From Microthrixaceae bacterium (GTDB lineage: Bacteria; Actinomycetota; Acidimicrobiia; Acidimicrobiales; Microtrichaceae), in assembly GCA_047972145.1 (NCBI GenBank), contig JBKEAI010000084.1, positions 177 to 64,176 on the forward strand: a stretch of 64,000 bases of DNA, in the 5' to 3' direction. The notes beneath the pieces are model-generated. The model was not told where the DNA came from, did not search any database, and saw only the letters and a list, made by a program, of their open reading frames with translations. A program made the position numbers and the translations under genes. Below are positions 9,876 to 19,421 of this stretch, in pieces; position 1 is the first letter of the stretch, and the number at the start of each line of letters is the position of its first letter.

Positions 9876-10923
9876 GGCGATGGATGACGCGGCAATACCG
9901 TCATCGGTGGGACCTCGGGCGGAGGTCCTCGTCGAACTTCCCGATGCGAGGAGATCCCCGGTTCTGATCGGCCCGGGTGTGCGCCACGAGTTGTCGAGCC
10001 TGCTTCCCGGAGAGCCCCGCAAAGTCGCTGTTGTCACCCAGGCCAACATCGGAATCGAGGTCGATCCCGGGGTCGACCACGAGGTGTTCCTGGTCGGCGA
10101 CGGCGAACAGCACAAGAGGCTCGCCACCGTCGAGCACCTGTGCTCAGGGTTCGCGAGGTTCGGGTTGGCGCGCTCGGACTGTGTGGTCGGAGTGGGTGGG
10201 GGCATGGTCACCGACGTCGCAGGGTTCGCCGCGTCGGTGTATCACCGCGGGATTCCGGTGGTGCACGTAGCGACGAGCCTGCTGGCGCAGATCGACGCAG
10301 CGATCGGCGGCAAGACGGGTGTGAACCTGCCCGAGGGCAAGAACCTCGTGGGCAGCTTCTGGCAGCCCTCGGCGGTGCTGTGCGACATCGAGACGCTCGA
10401 CACGCTGCCTCCGCGTGAATGGCGCTGTGGCCTGGGTGAGCTGGCCAAGTACCACTGGCTGGGAGGTGGACGCCTCGACGAGCTCGACCTGGTGGACCGG
10501 ATCGCGCGCTGTGTGGAGATCAAGGCCGGCTTCGTCGCATCAGACGAGCGCGAAGCCGGACGGCGGGCGTTGCTCAACTACGGCCACACCCTCGGCCATG
10601 CCCTCGAGACCGCCGGTGACCACGACCTGCGCCACGGCGAGGCCGTGGGGATCGGCCTGGTGTTCGCAGCCGAGTTGGCCGCGTCGATGGGCAGGATCGA
10701 ACCTGCGGAGGTCGACGAGCACCGCAGGGTGGTCGCCGGCTACGACCTGCCGATACGGATACCCGATGGAATCGAGGCGGACGAGCTGGTCTTGTTGATG
10801 GGTCGGGACAAGAAATCTCTCGACGGTGGCCTCACGTTCGTGCTCGACGGGCCCGATGGGGTCGAGGTGGTCCACGACGTGGACCCCTCCCTTGTGGAAG
10901 CGACCATGGAGAAGCTGCGATGA
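9868..10923 (+). CDS. aroB: 3-dehydroquinate synthase
   Basis: GGGMVTDVAGFAA, IGGKTGVNL and LNYGHTLGHALE motifs. Confidence 0.95.
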   Translation: MGEAMDDAAIPSSVGPRAEVLVELPDARRSPVLIGPGVRHELSSLLPGEPRKVAVVTQANIGIEVDPGVDHEVFLVGDGEQHKRLATVEHLCSGFARFGLARSDCVVGVGGGMVTDVAGFAASVYHRGIPVVHVATSLLAQIDAAIGGKTGVNLPEGKNLVGSFWQPSAVLCDIETLDTLPPREWRCGLGELAKYHWLGGGRLDELDLVDRIARCVEIKAGFVASDEREAGRRALLNYGHTLGHALETAGDHDLRHGEAVGIGLVFAAELAASMGRIEPAEVDEHRRVVAGYDLPIRIPDGIEADELVLLMGRDKKSLDGGLTFVLDGPDGVEVVHDVDPSLVEATMEKLR

Positions 10924-11393
10924 AGGTCCGCGAAACCGAGGTGCTGCTCCTGTCGGGTCCCAACCTGAACCTGCTGGGAGAACGCGAGCCGGAGATCTAC
11001 GGCAGCGCAACGCTGGAGGACCTCGTGGCCTCGGCGCGCACCGAGGCCGGTGCACATGGCCTCACCTTGTCGCACGTGCAGTCCAACCACGAAGGTGTGC
11101 TGGTCGACGCCATCCACGACGCACGCGCGTCGAGCGCCGGCATGATCATCAACGCCGGAGCGTTCACCCACTACAGCTGGGCGATCCACGACGCCCTCGC
11201 CTCGTTCGGGCCGCCGGTTGTCGAGCTGCACATTTCCAACCCTGCGACCAGGGAGAGCTGGCGGCACCGCTCTGTCATCTCCCCGGTCGCCACCGCGGTG
11301 ATCGCAGGACTCGGCCCCTCCGGCTACGCGGTGGCGGTGCGCGCCCTTGCACAGCTCATCGCCGCGGAATCCACCGCTGACGGCCCGCAGTAG
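10920..11393 (+). CDS. aroQ: Type II 3-dehydroquinate dehydratase
   Basis: LLSGPNLNLLGEREPEIYG, QSNHEG and INAGAFTHYS. ATGA overlap with aroB. Confidence 0.95.
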   Translation: MKVRETEVLLLSGPNLNLLGEREPEIYGSATLEDLVASARTEAGAHGLTLSHVQSNHEGVLVDAIHDARASSAGMIINAGAFTHYSWAIHDALASFGPPVVELHISNPATRESWRHRSVISPVATAVIAGLGPSGYAVAVRALAQLIAAESTADGPQ

Positions 11394-11403
11394 CCTTCGC
11401 ACC

Positions 11404-12540
11404 ATGGCGGTATCGGAGAACGTCACCCCCACCCTCGCACCGCGAGAGCTCACGCCGATGGCGCTCGGTGGGCGCATCGGTGCACTACGCGAGCGATTCG
11501 ACAGACTCGGCATCGACGCGCTCGTCGTCACAGAGTTGACCAACATCCGCTACCTCACCGGTTTCACCGGCTCATCCGCGGTGCTGCTGGTGCGACCCGA
11601 CGACGCGGTGTTCGTCACCGATGGGCGCTACAAGACCCAGTGCGCTCAGGAGTTGGGTGATGCGGGGGTCTCCGCGGAGATCGAGATCTCCTCGGAGGGC
11701 CCCGAGGTAGCGGCCGCGGCGGCCGCGTCGGGGATCGCGATGCTCGGATTGGAGGCCGACTCGGTGTCGTGGGCGTCCCAGCGGCGTTGGAGCTCCGAGC
11801 TCTTCGACGGAGAACTGGTCGCTACGACATCCGCTGTGGAGGACCTGCGGTTGGTCAAGGACCCAGGGGAGTTGGAGCGGATCCGCTCCGCATGTGCGAT
11901 CGCCGATGCAGCCCTTGCCTCGGTCCAGCACCGTCTGGTCGAGGGGCCGACGGAGAAGGAGTTCGCCTCGGAGCTCGAAGCAGCGATGATGAGCCTCGGT
12001 GCAGCGGATCTCTCCTTCGACACGATCGTGGCGGCGGGGGCCAACGGAGCACGGCCACACCACCAACCCTCCGAGCGCGTGGTCGGCGACGGAGACCTCG
12101 TGGTGATCGACTTCGGTGCCCTGGTGGACGGATACCACTCCGACATGACCCGTACGTTCACCGTCGGAGAGGTCGGCGCGGATCGCCGGCGGATGTTAGA
12201 CGTGGTCACCGAGGCTCAGGCAGCGGGGGTCGAGCTCGTCGGTGCCGGTGTGGAGGCCGCCGAGGTGGATGCAGCGTGTCGGGCCGTGATCGACGATGCC
12301 GGTTGGGGTGATGCCTTCCTGCATGGCACTGGCCACGGTGTGGGTCTCGACATCCACGAGGAGCCTCGGGTGTCGGTGCGATCCACTGCTACGCTTCGCA
12401 ACGGCCATGTGGTGACCGTGGAACCCGGTGTGTACCTGCCAGAACTTGGCGGAGTGCGGGTCGAGGACACTCTGGTGGTGACCGACTCAGGGTGTGAGCG
12501 GTTGACCCTGGCCCCGAAGTCCCCCCAACCGATCCAGTAG
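11404..12540 (+). CDS. Xaa-Pro peptidase, M24B family (PepQ/PepP-like)
   Basis: Creatinase-like N-terminal domain plus metal-ligand motifs (DFGALVDGYHSDMTRTF, HGTGHGVGLDIHEEP, TVEPGVY, RVEDT). Conserved position before efp. Confidence 0.9.
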   Translation: MAVSENVTPTLAPRELTPMALGGRIGALRERFDRLGIDALVVTELTNIRYLTGFTGSSAVLLVRPDDAVFVTDGRYKTQCAQELGDAGVSAEIEISSEGPEVAAAAAASGIAMLGLEADSVSWASQRRWSSELFDGELVATTSAVEDLRLVKDPGELERIRSACAIADAALASVQHRLVEGPTEKEFASELEAAMMSLGAADLSFDTIVAAGANGARPHHQPSERVVGDGDLVVIDFGALVDGYHSDMTRTFTVGEVGADRRRMLDVVTEAQAAGVELVGAGVEAAEVDAACRAVIDDAGWGDAFLHGTGHGVGLDIHEEPRVSVRSTATLRNGHVVTVEPGVYLPELGGVRVEDTLVVTDSGCERLTLAPKSPQPIQ

Positions 12541-12580
12541 TCACGCGAGCCTCCGGGTTCGCAGAACGCGAGGCCCGACC

Positions 12581-13144
12581 ATGCCGCAGATCTCCACCGC
12601 CGACTTCAAGACCGGTATGACCGTCGACCTCGACGACGGTTTGTTCACGGTGTCGGACTTCCAGCACGTCAAGCCCGGCAAGGGCGGTGCGTTCGTGCGC
12701 ACCACGCTCAAGAACGTCCGGACCGGAGCGGTGATCGACCGGACGTTCCGCGCCGGGGAGAAGATGGAACGCGCGATCGTGGACCGCAAGGAGATGCAAC
12801 TGCTGTACCGCGACGGCACCGACTTCGTGTTCATGGACAACGACACCTACGACCAGATGACCGTTCCCGGTGCGACCCTCGGCGACGTCGCGTCGTACCT
12901 CGCGGATTCCGCCACAGCCGAGCTGGTGTTCTACGGCGAGGAGATCATCGGGGTGGAACTTCCGGCATCGGTCGTGCTGGCGGTCACCGAGACCGAGCCC
13001 GGGATCCAGGGTGACCGCGTCTCGGGTGCCAAGAAGCCGGCGACGCTCTCGACGGGCCATGTGGTGCAGGTGCCGTTGTTCATCGAACCGGGTGAAGACG
13101 TCAAGGTCGACACCCGCAGCGGTGAGTTCATCTCCCGCGCATGA
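12581..13144 (+). CDS. efp: Elongation factor P
   Basis: FQHVKPGKGGAFVRTTLKN loop carrying the conserved Lys. 187 aa. Confidence 0.97.
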   Translation: MPQISTADFKTGMTVDLDDGLFTVSDFQHVKPGKGGAFVRTTLKNVRTGAVIDRTFRAGEKMERAIVDRKEMQLLYRDGTDFVFMDNDTYDQMTVPGATLGDVASYLADSATAELVFYGEEIIGVELPASVVLAVTETEPGIQGDRVSGAKKPATLSTGHVVQVPLFIEPGEDVKVDTRSGEFISRA

Positions 13145-13587
13145 TCGAGCCGGGTCCAGCGCCGAGGGTCCGGCCCGTCGTCGGCGGGCGCGCACCGGCA
13201 CGCGAACGTGCACTTCACCTCCTCTACGAAGCCGATGCCACAGGATCGGCACCCCCGGACGTGCTCGCATCCCAGGCGGTGGCCGCGGATCGCTATGCGG
13301 AACACCTCGTGGCCGGGGTCCATGACCATCGCGAGCGGATCGAGACCCTGGTCGCAGAGCTCCTGCCCGAGTCGTGGACCTTCGCACGACTGGCGGTGCT
13401 CGACCGCACGATCCTCCAGATAGCGGTCTACGAGCTGATCGACAGCAACGACGTGCCCACCGCGGTGGTGCTCTCGGAGGCGGTCAGGTTGGCCGAGACC
13501 TACGGCACCGACGACTCACCCCGCTTCGTGAACGGGCTCCTTGCCGCAGCGGCGCGGAACCTGCGCGACGACTACCGGGGCGATTGA
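13141..13587 (+). CDS. nusB: Transcription antitermination factor NusB
   Basis: RERALHLLYEAD...LDRTILQIAVYEL...EAVRLAETYGTDDSPRFVNGLL. ATGA overlap with efp. Confidence 0.93.
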   Translation: MIEPGPAPRVRPVVGGRAPARERALHLLYEADATGSAPPDVLASQAVAADRYAEHLVAGVHDHRERIETLVAELLPESWTFARLAVLDRTILQIAVYELIDSNDVPTAVVLSEAVRLAETYGTDDSPRFVNGLLAAAARNLRDDYRGD

Positions 13588-13675
13588 CCCTCGGAGTGCT
13601 TGGAGCCTCCGCAGACCGGAATCTTCCTTCGTCGGGACGCTAAGGACCATCTGTGCGGACCCCGATAGAGGTTCC

Positions 13676-14656
13676 ATGACCGTTTTATCAGGCCGGATCT
13701 GGCGCCGGTTGGGTGCCATGTCGTCGTGTGTCGTGGGTGTTTTCATCTTGGACACTGCCTGTCTGCCTGCCCAGGCACCCTGGAGTGGTGACGCCCCCTC
13801 GGTTTACCTCGACGGAGAGACGTGGACATCACAGGACCAGTTGCGTGTACAGGGTTGGGCATGGGATCGAAACAGCGACCGGTCGATCATGGTCGGGTTC
13901 GCTGTGGTCCAGGGAGCCGGTGTGCGATACCTGCCTGGTCCCTCCGAAGCCAACGTGCCTCGTCCTGACGTGGTGGCCACAACCGGACGAGGTTCCACCT
14001 CGGGGTTTGATCTGACGTTCACGCGCAGCGAACTCGGGTCCATCACCGATGACACGTCGATGTGTGTGTACGCGCTCAATGTGGGACCTGGAGATGACTC
14101 GCTACTCGGCTGCCGGAGACTGGACAAACCCCCGAGTGCCGCCACGACACCACCTCAACCAGACACAGGTGACTGCGACGCACCTCCTGCACCCATGGTC
14201 GACTGGCACAACTGTGACCGCAGCGGCACCGACCTCAGCGGTGCGAACCTCCTCGGTGCCGACCTCGCCGGGCTCAGCCTGCGCGGTGCCGATCTCACCG
14301 GTGCCAACCTCCTCGGTGCCGATCTCACCGCCGCCGACATCCTCGGTGCCGATCTCAACGGTGCCGTGCTCGCCGCTGCCGATCTCACCGCTGCCAACCT
14401 CGCGGGCGCGAACCTGGCCGGCGCCCACCTCACCGGTGCCGACCTCGGTGGCGCCATTCTCAAGGGTGCCGACCTGCCCAACGCGAACCTCACCGACGCG
14501 AACCTCACAAGTGCGACCGTCGACACCACGAATTTCACAAGTGCGATCACCGTTGGAGTGGACTTCACCGATGGCACCTGGATCAACACGACGTGCCCTG
14601 ACGGAACGAACAGCTCCACCAATGGCAACTCGTGCGTGGGGCACTGGGACTTCTGA
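13676..14656 (+). CDS. Secreted pentapeptide-repeat protein with an N-terminal beta-rich domain
   Basis: Signal-like N-terminus, a GWAWD...RPDVVATTG...GF module, a Pro/Thr linker, then more than 20 A(D/N)LxG pentapeptide units (ANLLGADLAGLSLRGADLTGANLLGADL...) and a Cys-containing C-terminal cap (TTCPDGTNSSTNGNSCVGHW). Confidence 0.85.
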   Translation: MTVLSGRIWRRLGAMSSCVVGVFILDTACLPAQAPWSGDAPSVYLDGETWTSQDQLRVQGWAWDRNSDRSIMVGFAVVQGAGVRYLPGPSEANVPRPDVVATTGRGSTSGFDLTFTRSELGSITDDTSMCVYALNVGPGDDSLLGCRRLDKPPSAATTPPQPDTGDCDAPPAPMVDWHNCDRSGTDLSGANLLGADLAGLSLRGADLTGANLLGADLTAADILGADLNGAVLAAADLTAANLAGANLAGAHLTGADLGGAILKGADLPNANLTDANLTSATVDTTNFTSAITVGVDFTDGTWINTTCPDGTNSSTNGNSCVGHWDF

Positions 14657-14824
14657 GCCAGGCTCCGACACGATCGGACTCCCTCACGACCCCGAGCGGG
14701 GCATCTTCGTGGGTGCTCCTCTGCTGCCCCTGCTACCGGTGACCTTGGCGATCGAGCGACCCCTCCAATAGAGGGCTGCGAGGGGCTGCCCCAGGTCCGC
14801 TAGAGTGCGTGCCTGACCGTGAAG

Positions 14825-14857
14825 GGAGTCCCGTGAGGCTCCTACGGCCGGAAAGGA
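14825..14857 (+). promoter_or_regulatory. Candidate PyrR-binding RNA hairpin overlapping the pyrR ribosome-binding site
   Basis: GGAG-UCCCGUGAGG-CUCC hairpin. AGUCCCGUGAGGCU matches the published PyrR loop consensus ARUCCAGAGAGGYU at 12/14 positions. It lies immediately upstream of GAAAGGA and the ATG at 14864. Confidence 0.5.
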
Positions 14858-14863
14858 CTGCTG

Positions 14864-15517
14864 ATGGCAGAACGCGAGCGACGCATGACGCGCCCCTACG
14901 GGGGCGTTTTTGTTGCCCGGGCAGAGGTGATGAACGCCGAGGAGGTGGGTCGTGCCCTGCGCCGGATGGCACACGAGATCCTCGAGCACAACGGGGGGAT
15001 CGACAACCTCGTGCTGATCGGCTTGCAGACCGGAGGGGTGACCGTCGCCGGTGCGCTCGCCGAGGTCCTCGCGGAGATCGAGGGAGCCGAGGCGGCGGTC
15101 CGGGGACCATCCGGTGAACCGTCACCCGGCGAACCGTCACCCGGCGACGATGAACGGCCCGGTGGATCCGTTGAGGTCCCACTCGGAACGCTCGACGTGG
15201 CGCTGTACCGCGATGACATCGGGATCCGCCCGGTGCTACCCGAAGAGGAGACCCACATCCCCGTCGACCTCGACGGCACCGACGTGATCCTCGTCGACGA
15301 CGTGCTCTTCACCGGTCGCACCATCCGGGCCGCGCTGGACGCGCTCGTGGACTTCGGGCGTCCCCGCACGATCCAGCTCGCGGTGATGGTCGATCGCGGG
15401 CACCGTGAGCTCCCCATCAGGCCCGACTACACGGGCAAGAACCTGCCCACCCGCCGCGACGAACTGGTCAACGTGAGCCTCGAGTCGGTGCAGATCGGCG
15501 AGATGGCCAAGCAGTGA
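14864..15517 (+). CDS. pyrR: Bifunctional pyrimidine operon regulator / uracil phosphoribosyltransferase PyrR
   Basis: VILVDDVLFTGRTIRAALDAL PRPP motif and LDVALYRDD. Start uncertain (ATG 14864, or in-frame ATGs 7 or 22 codons downstream). Contains a Pro/Ser/Gly-rich insertion. Confidence 0.92.
   Translation: MAERERRMTRPYGGVFVARAEVMNAEEVGRALRRMAHEILEHNGGIDNLVLIGLQTGGVTVAGALAEVLAEIEGAEAAVRGPSGEPSPGEPSPGDDERPGGSVEVPLGTLDVALYRDDIGIRPVLPEEETHIPVDLDGTDVILVDDVLFTGRTIRAALDALVDFGRPRTIQLAVMVDRGHRELPIRPDYTGKNLPTRRDELVNVSLESVQIGEMAKQ
15113..15142 (+). repeat. In-frame 15-bp tandem duplication inside pyrR (GEPSP x2)
   Basis: ggtgaaccgtcaccc / ggcgaaccgtcaccc, read directly. Confidence 0.95.
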
Positions 15518-16470
15518 GGGAACACCTGCTGGGCATCGACGAGCTCGACCGCGACGAAGTCACCGAGATCCTCGAGGTGGCCGATCGCATGGCCGAGGTG
15601 AACTCGCGGCGCATACCCCGCGTCCCGGCACTGCGCGGGCGCACGGTGGTGTCGTTGTTCTTCGAGGATTCCACGCGCACCCGGATCAGCTTCGAGACCG
15701 CCGCCAAGCGGCTCTCGGCCGATGTGATGGGCTTTTCGGTGGGCACCTCATCGGTGAACAAGGGCGAGTCGGTACGCGACACGGTCGAGACGATCGAGGC
15801 TATGGGGGTCGACGCGATGGTGGTCCGCCACTCATCAGCGGGGGTACCCGAGATGATCTCGCGGTGGGCCGGCTCGTCGGTCATCAACGCCGGAGACGGG
15901 TGGCACGCACACCCGACCCAGGCGTTGCTGGATGCATATACCCTGAGGGGCCGCTTCGGTTCGCTCGAGGGTCTACGAATAGCGATCGTCGGTGATGTCC
16001 TGCACTCGCGGGTGGCCCGCTCCGACATGGAGGTCTTCACCCTCATGGGAGCGACCGTCACGCTGGTCGCCCCACCCACGCTGCTGCCCCCGTCGGTGGA
16101 GCCCTGGGACGTCGAGGTCGTCCACGACCTCGACGAGGTGCTGGGCGAGATGGATGTCTGCTACCTGCTGCGCATGCAGCGTGAGCGGATGACCGAAGCC
16201 CTGATCCCCAGCCTGCGCGAGTACACCGCTCTCTACGGCCTCACCGCGCGTCGTCTCGGGGCGATGAAGCCGGACTCCGTGGTGATGCACCCCGGCCCGA
16301 TGAACCGCGGCATAGAGATCGCCGAGGACGTCGCGGATTCACCCCGGGCGCTGGTCACCGACCAGGTCGCCAACGGTGTCGCGGTCCGCATGGCGGTTCT
16401 CTACCTACTTCTGGGCTCGGGCCGCGAAGCACTCGGTGGTGCGGTCGAGCTCGCCGAGGAGGCATCATGA
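15514..16470 (+). CDS. pyrB: Aspartate carbamoyltransferase catalytic subunit
   Basis: FFEDSTRTR, HPTQALLD and HPGPMNRG motifs. GTGA overlap with pyrR. Confidence 0.96.
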   Translation: MREHLLGIDELDRDEVTEILEVADRMAEVNSRRIPRVPALRGRTVVSLFFEDSTRTRISFETAAKRLSADVMGFSVGTSSVNKGESVRDTVETIEAMGVDAMVVRHSSAGVPEMISRWAGSSVINAGDGWHAHPTQALLDAYTLRGRFGSLEGLRIAIVGDVLHSRVARSDMEVFTLMGATVTLVAPPTLLPPSVEPWDVEVVHDLDEVLGEMDVCYLLRMQRERMTEALIPSLREYTALYGLTARRLGAMKPDSVVMHPGPMNRGIEIAEDVADSPRALVTDQVANGVAVRMAVLYLLLGSGREALGGAVELAEEAS

Positions 16471-17783
16471 CCCGCGAATCCACAGGAGCAACCTCCACGC
16501 CGTCGATGGTCCTGCGTGGGGGACGGGTCGTCGATGCGACCGGTGAGCGCTCGGGTGACGTGCTGTTGCGCGACGGGCGGATCGTCGAGGTGGGTCCCGA
16601 CCTGGGTGGCGACGTGTCCATCGACTGCGACGGCGCGATTGTCGCCCCGGGGCTGGTCGACCTGCACACCCACCTTCGACAGCCCGGTAGGGAGGAGGCG
16701 GAGACCATCGAATCGGGAGCACGGGCGGCCGCCCTCGGCGGCTACACCGCTGTGCTCGCGATGCCCAACACCACACCGGCGATCGATTCGGCCGCTGTGG
16801 TGCGCGAGGTGCTCGAAGTCGGCCGATCCGCGGTCGTCGACGTGCACACCACCGGTGCGATAACCGTGGGGCGTGAGGGAGAGCGACTCACCCCGATGGC
16901 CGAGATGGCCGAGTTGGGTGTGCGCATCTTCACCGACGATGGCACCGGTGTGCAGGACGACCGCCTCATGCGCCGCGCCCTGGAGTACGCATCCGGCCTT
17001 GGAGCCACCCTCGCCCAGCACTGCGAGGTGACCTCGCTGAGCGAGGGGACCTGCATGCACGAAGGTGAGTGGTCCGCCAAGCTCGGCCTGCCGGGCCAGC
17101 CGTCGGAAGCCGAAGAGCTCATGGTGATGCGCGACATCGCTCTGGCCCGGATGACCGGTGCGAAGGTGCACTTCCAACACCTGTCCACCGCTGGGTCGGT
17201 TGCGATGGTCGCCGGAGCCCGCGCCGCGGGCCTCGGCGTCACCGCTGAGGCCGCACCGCACCATTTCACCCTCACCGATGCGAGCTGTGCGACCTATGAC
17301 GCCACCTTCAAGGTCCATCCACCGCTGCGCAGCGAATCCGATGTGGCGGCGATCGTCGCAGCCCTGGGTGACGGCACGATCGACGCGATAGCGACCGATC
17401 ACGCCCCACACACCCCCGAGACCAAGGAGCTTCCCTTCGACCAGGCGCCGCCGGGGATGCTGGGCCTCGAGTACGCCCTGGCACTTGCGTTCACAGAGCT
17501 GGTCGACCGTGGCGGTGCGATGGGCGAAGTCGACGTGCTGGGAGCCATGTCGTGGCGTCCGGCGACGATCGCCGGGCTGACCGACCATGGGGGGCCCGTG
17601 ACCCCGGGCACCGCGGCGAACCTGGTGGTGATCGACCCCGGCGCGCGCTGGACCATCGACGGCTCCGGCGGGGCATCGCGCTCACGCAACGTGCCCTATG
17701 TGGGCCGCGAGGTGCGTGGACGCGTCCTGCACACGATCTGTGGTGGCGAGCTGGTCGTATCCGACGGCGAGGTGACTCGGTGA
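16467..17783 (+). CDS. pyrC: Dihydroorotase
   Basis: GLVDLHTHLRQPG, DHAPH and the amidohydrolase fold pattern. ATGA overlap with pyrB. Confidence 0.95.
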   Translation: MTRESTGATSTPSMVLRGGRVVDATGERSGDVLLRDGRIVEVGPDLGGDVSIDCDGAIVAPGLVDLHTHLRQPGREEAETIESGARAAALGGYTAVLAMPNTTPAIDSAAVVREVLEVGRSAVVDVHTTGAITVGREGERLTPMAEMAELGVRIFTDDGTGVQDDRLMRRALEYASGLGATLAQHCEVTSLSEGTCMHEGEWSAKLGLPGQPSEAEELMVMRDIALARMTGAKVHFQHLSTAGSVAMVAGARAAGLGVTAEAAPHHFTLTDASCATYDATFKVHPPLRSESDVAAIVAALGDGTIDAIATDHAPHTPETKELPFDQAPPGMLGLEYALALAFTELVDRGGAMGEVDVLGAMSWRPATIAGLTDHGGPVTPGTAANLVVIDPGARWTIDGSGGASRSRNVPYVGREVRGRVLHTICGGELVVSDGEVTR

Positions 17784-18877
17784 ACCGGCGCACACCAGCG
17801 GCGATCGTGCTCGCGGACGGATCGACCTTCGAGGGTGAGGCGATCGGGCAACACCCCGAAGGTGGCGTCACCACAGGGGAGTTCGTGTTCAACACGGTGC
17901 TCTCGGGCTACCAGGAGGTGATCTCCGATCCCTCGTACGCCGGCCAGGTGATCACCTTCACCTATCCCCACATCGGCAACTACGGGGTGAACCCAGGTGA
18001 CGACGAGGCTGCGAGGCCCCACTGCCGGGGTGTGGTCATGCGCGACCTCGCGAGGCGAGCCTCCAACCATCGCAGCGAGGGTTCCCTCGGCGAGTGGTTG
18101 GAACATCACGGTGTCCCCGGGATCGTGGGGGTCGACACACGCCGGCTGACCCGGCACCTGCGTGACCACGGGGCGGTACCGGGTGCGTTCGGGCCGGCCC
18201 CACCCGACGAGCTCGAAGCAGCAGCGCGCAGCGCGTCGGGGACCGACGGCCGCGACCTGGTGGCCGAGGTGTCCGAACCGCAGGGACGAACGATCTCCGG
18301 CGTCGAGGGGGCGCAGCGCCGGATCATCGCGCTCGACCTGGGCCTCAAGAACACGATCGTGGACCAGTTGCGCCGTCTCGGGCCACTGGAGGTGCTCCCG
18401 TCGACCACCACCGCCGATGACCTGCTCGCCCGCGAGCCCGACGGCATCTTCGTGTCGAACGGTCCGGGTGACCCGGCGGCGGTCGACGGTGTGGTGGCCA
18501 CGGTGCGTGGGCTGCTGGGGGAGGTGCCGGTCTTCGGCATCTGCATGGGTCAACAGATGCTCGCCCAGGCGATCGGTGGTGGCACCTACAAGCTGCCCTT
18601 CGGCCACCATGGTGGGAACCACCCCGTGAAGGATCTCGCGACGGGCCGCATCGAGATCACGAGCCAGAACCACAACTACTGCGTCGACCCCGACACGCTG
18701 AGCGGAGCCACGGTCACCCACGTCAACCTCAACGACGGCACCCTCGAGGGCTTCGAATGCACCGAGGTGCCTGCGTTCGCAGTGCAATACCACCCTGAGG
18801 CCGGTCCGGGCCCCCACGACAGCCGCTACCTGTTCGCGCGCTTCGCGGAGTTGATCGACCGCAAGGGGCGCCGATGA
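17780..18877 (+). CDS. carA: Carbamoyl-phosphate synthase small (glutaminase) subunit
   Basis: GEFVFNTVLSGYQEVISDPSYAGQ, GICMGQQ catalytic Cys, and QYHPEA. GTG at 17780 overlaps the pyrC stop. Confidence 0.95.
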   Translation: MNRRTPAAIVLADGSTFEGEAIGQHPEGGVTTGEFVFNTVLSGYQEVISDPSYAGQVITFTYPHIGNYGVNPGDDEAARPHCRGVVMRDLARRASNHRSEGSLGEWLEHHGVPGIVGVDTRRLTRHLRDHGAVPGAFGPAPPDELEAAARSASGTDGRDLVAEVSEPQGRTISGVEGAQRRIIALDLGLKNTIVDQLRRLGPLEVLPSTTTADDLLAREPDGIFVSNGPGDPAAVDGVVATVRGLLGEVPVFGICMGQQMLAQAIGGGTYKLPFGHHGGNHPVKDLATGRIEITSQNHNYCVDPDTLSGATVTHVNLNDGTLEGFECTEVPAFAVQYHPEAGPGPHDSRYLFARFAELIDRKGRR

Positions 18878-18926
18878 ACGACCCGATACGACCCGGGTGT
18901 TCCAGCACGCGTGACCGTGCAGGTCT

Positions 18927-19421
18927 TCAGCCCTCGAGGTGTGGTGCGACCACGTCGGCTTCCTCGCCCAGGTGCTCGCCGATGCCATCCACTATCGCGT
19001 TCTCGACCTTGTGGCCGATCAGTGGGATGCGCACCTTCAGGTCCCCTGTGACGCGGCGCACCGCTTCGTCGCCGTCGGCCACCACCGCCACCGAAGCCGA
19101 TGCGCGCAGCAGTGCGGCCCCTTGGGCGGGCTCGAAGGCGACCTGCGCGGTGGCGGCACCGAGGTCCCATGTCGTGTCCTCGACCCAGGCGACGTCGTCG
19201 GGATCGATGAACCGTGACGCCTCGCTCGGGAGGTCCACCTCCAGCTTCCACCGCAGGCGTGTCCTGGCGGTGGTGGCGGTGACGTCGACCTCCAGCACCT
19301 CGGGGGCGCTGGTACGGCTGAACCCGGTGACCCCCCGCCAGAAGTCCTCGTCGGTGTACAGCTCGACCACCTGCGAGACCGAGGCGTTCCAACGTTGCTC
19401 GAAACCGAAGCGCATCGACAC
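18927..19421 (-). CDS. SRPBCC-superfamily protein (DUF2505-like)
   Basis: About 164 aa on the opposite strand between carA and carB. The layout (N-terminal ...YTDEDFW..., C-terminal [23 protein letters not shown]) resembles mycobacterial DUF2505 proteins (from memory). Start is GTG 19421 or ATG 19415. Confidence 0.65.
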   Translation of the reverse strand: MSMRFGFEQRWNASVSQVVELYTDEDFWRGVTGFSRTSAPEVLEVDVTATTARTRLRWKLEVDLPSEASRFIDPDDVAWVEDTTWDLGAATAQVAFEPAQGAALLRASASVAVVADGDEAVRRVTGDLKVRIPLIGHKVENAIVDGIGEHLGEEADVVAPHLEG

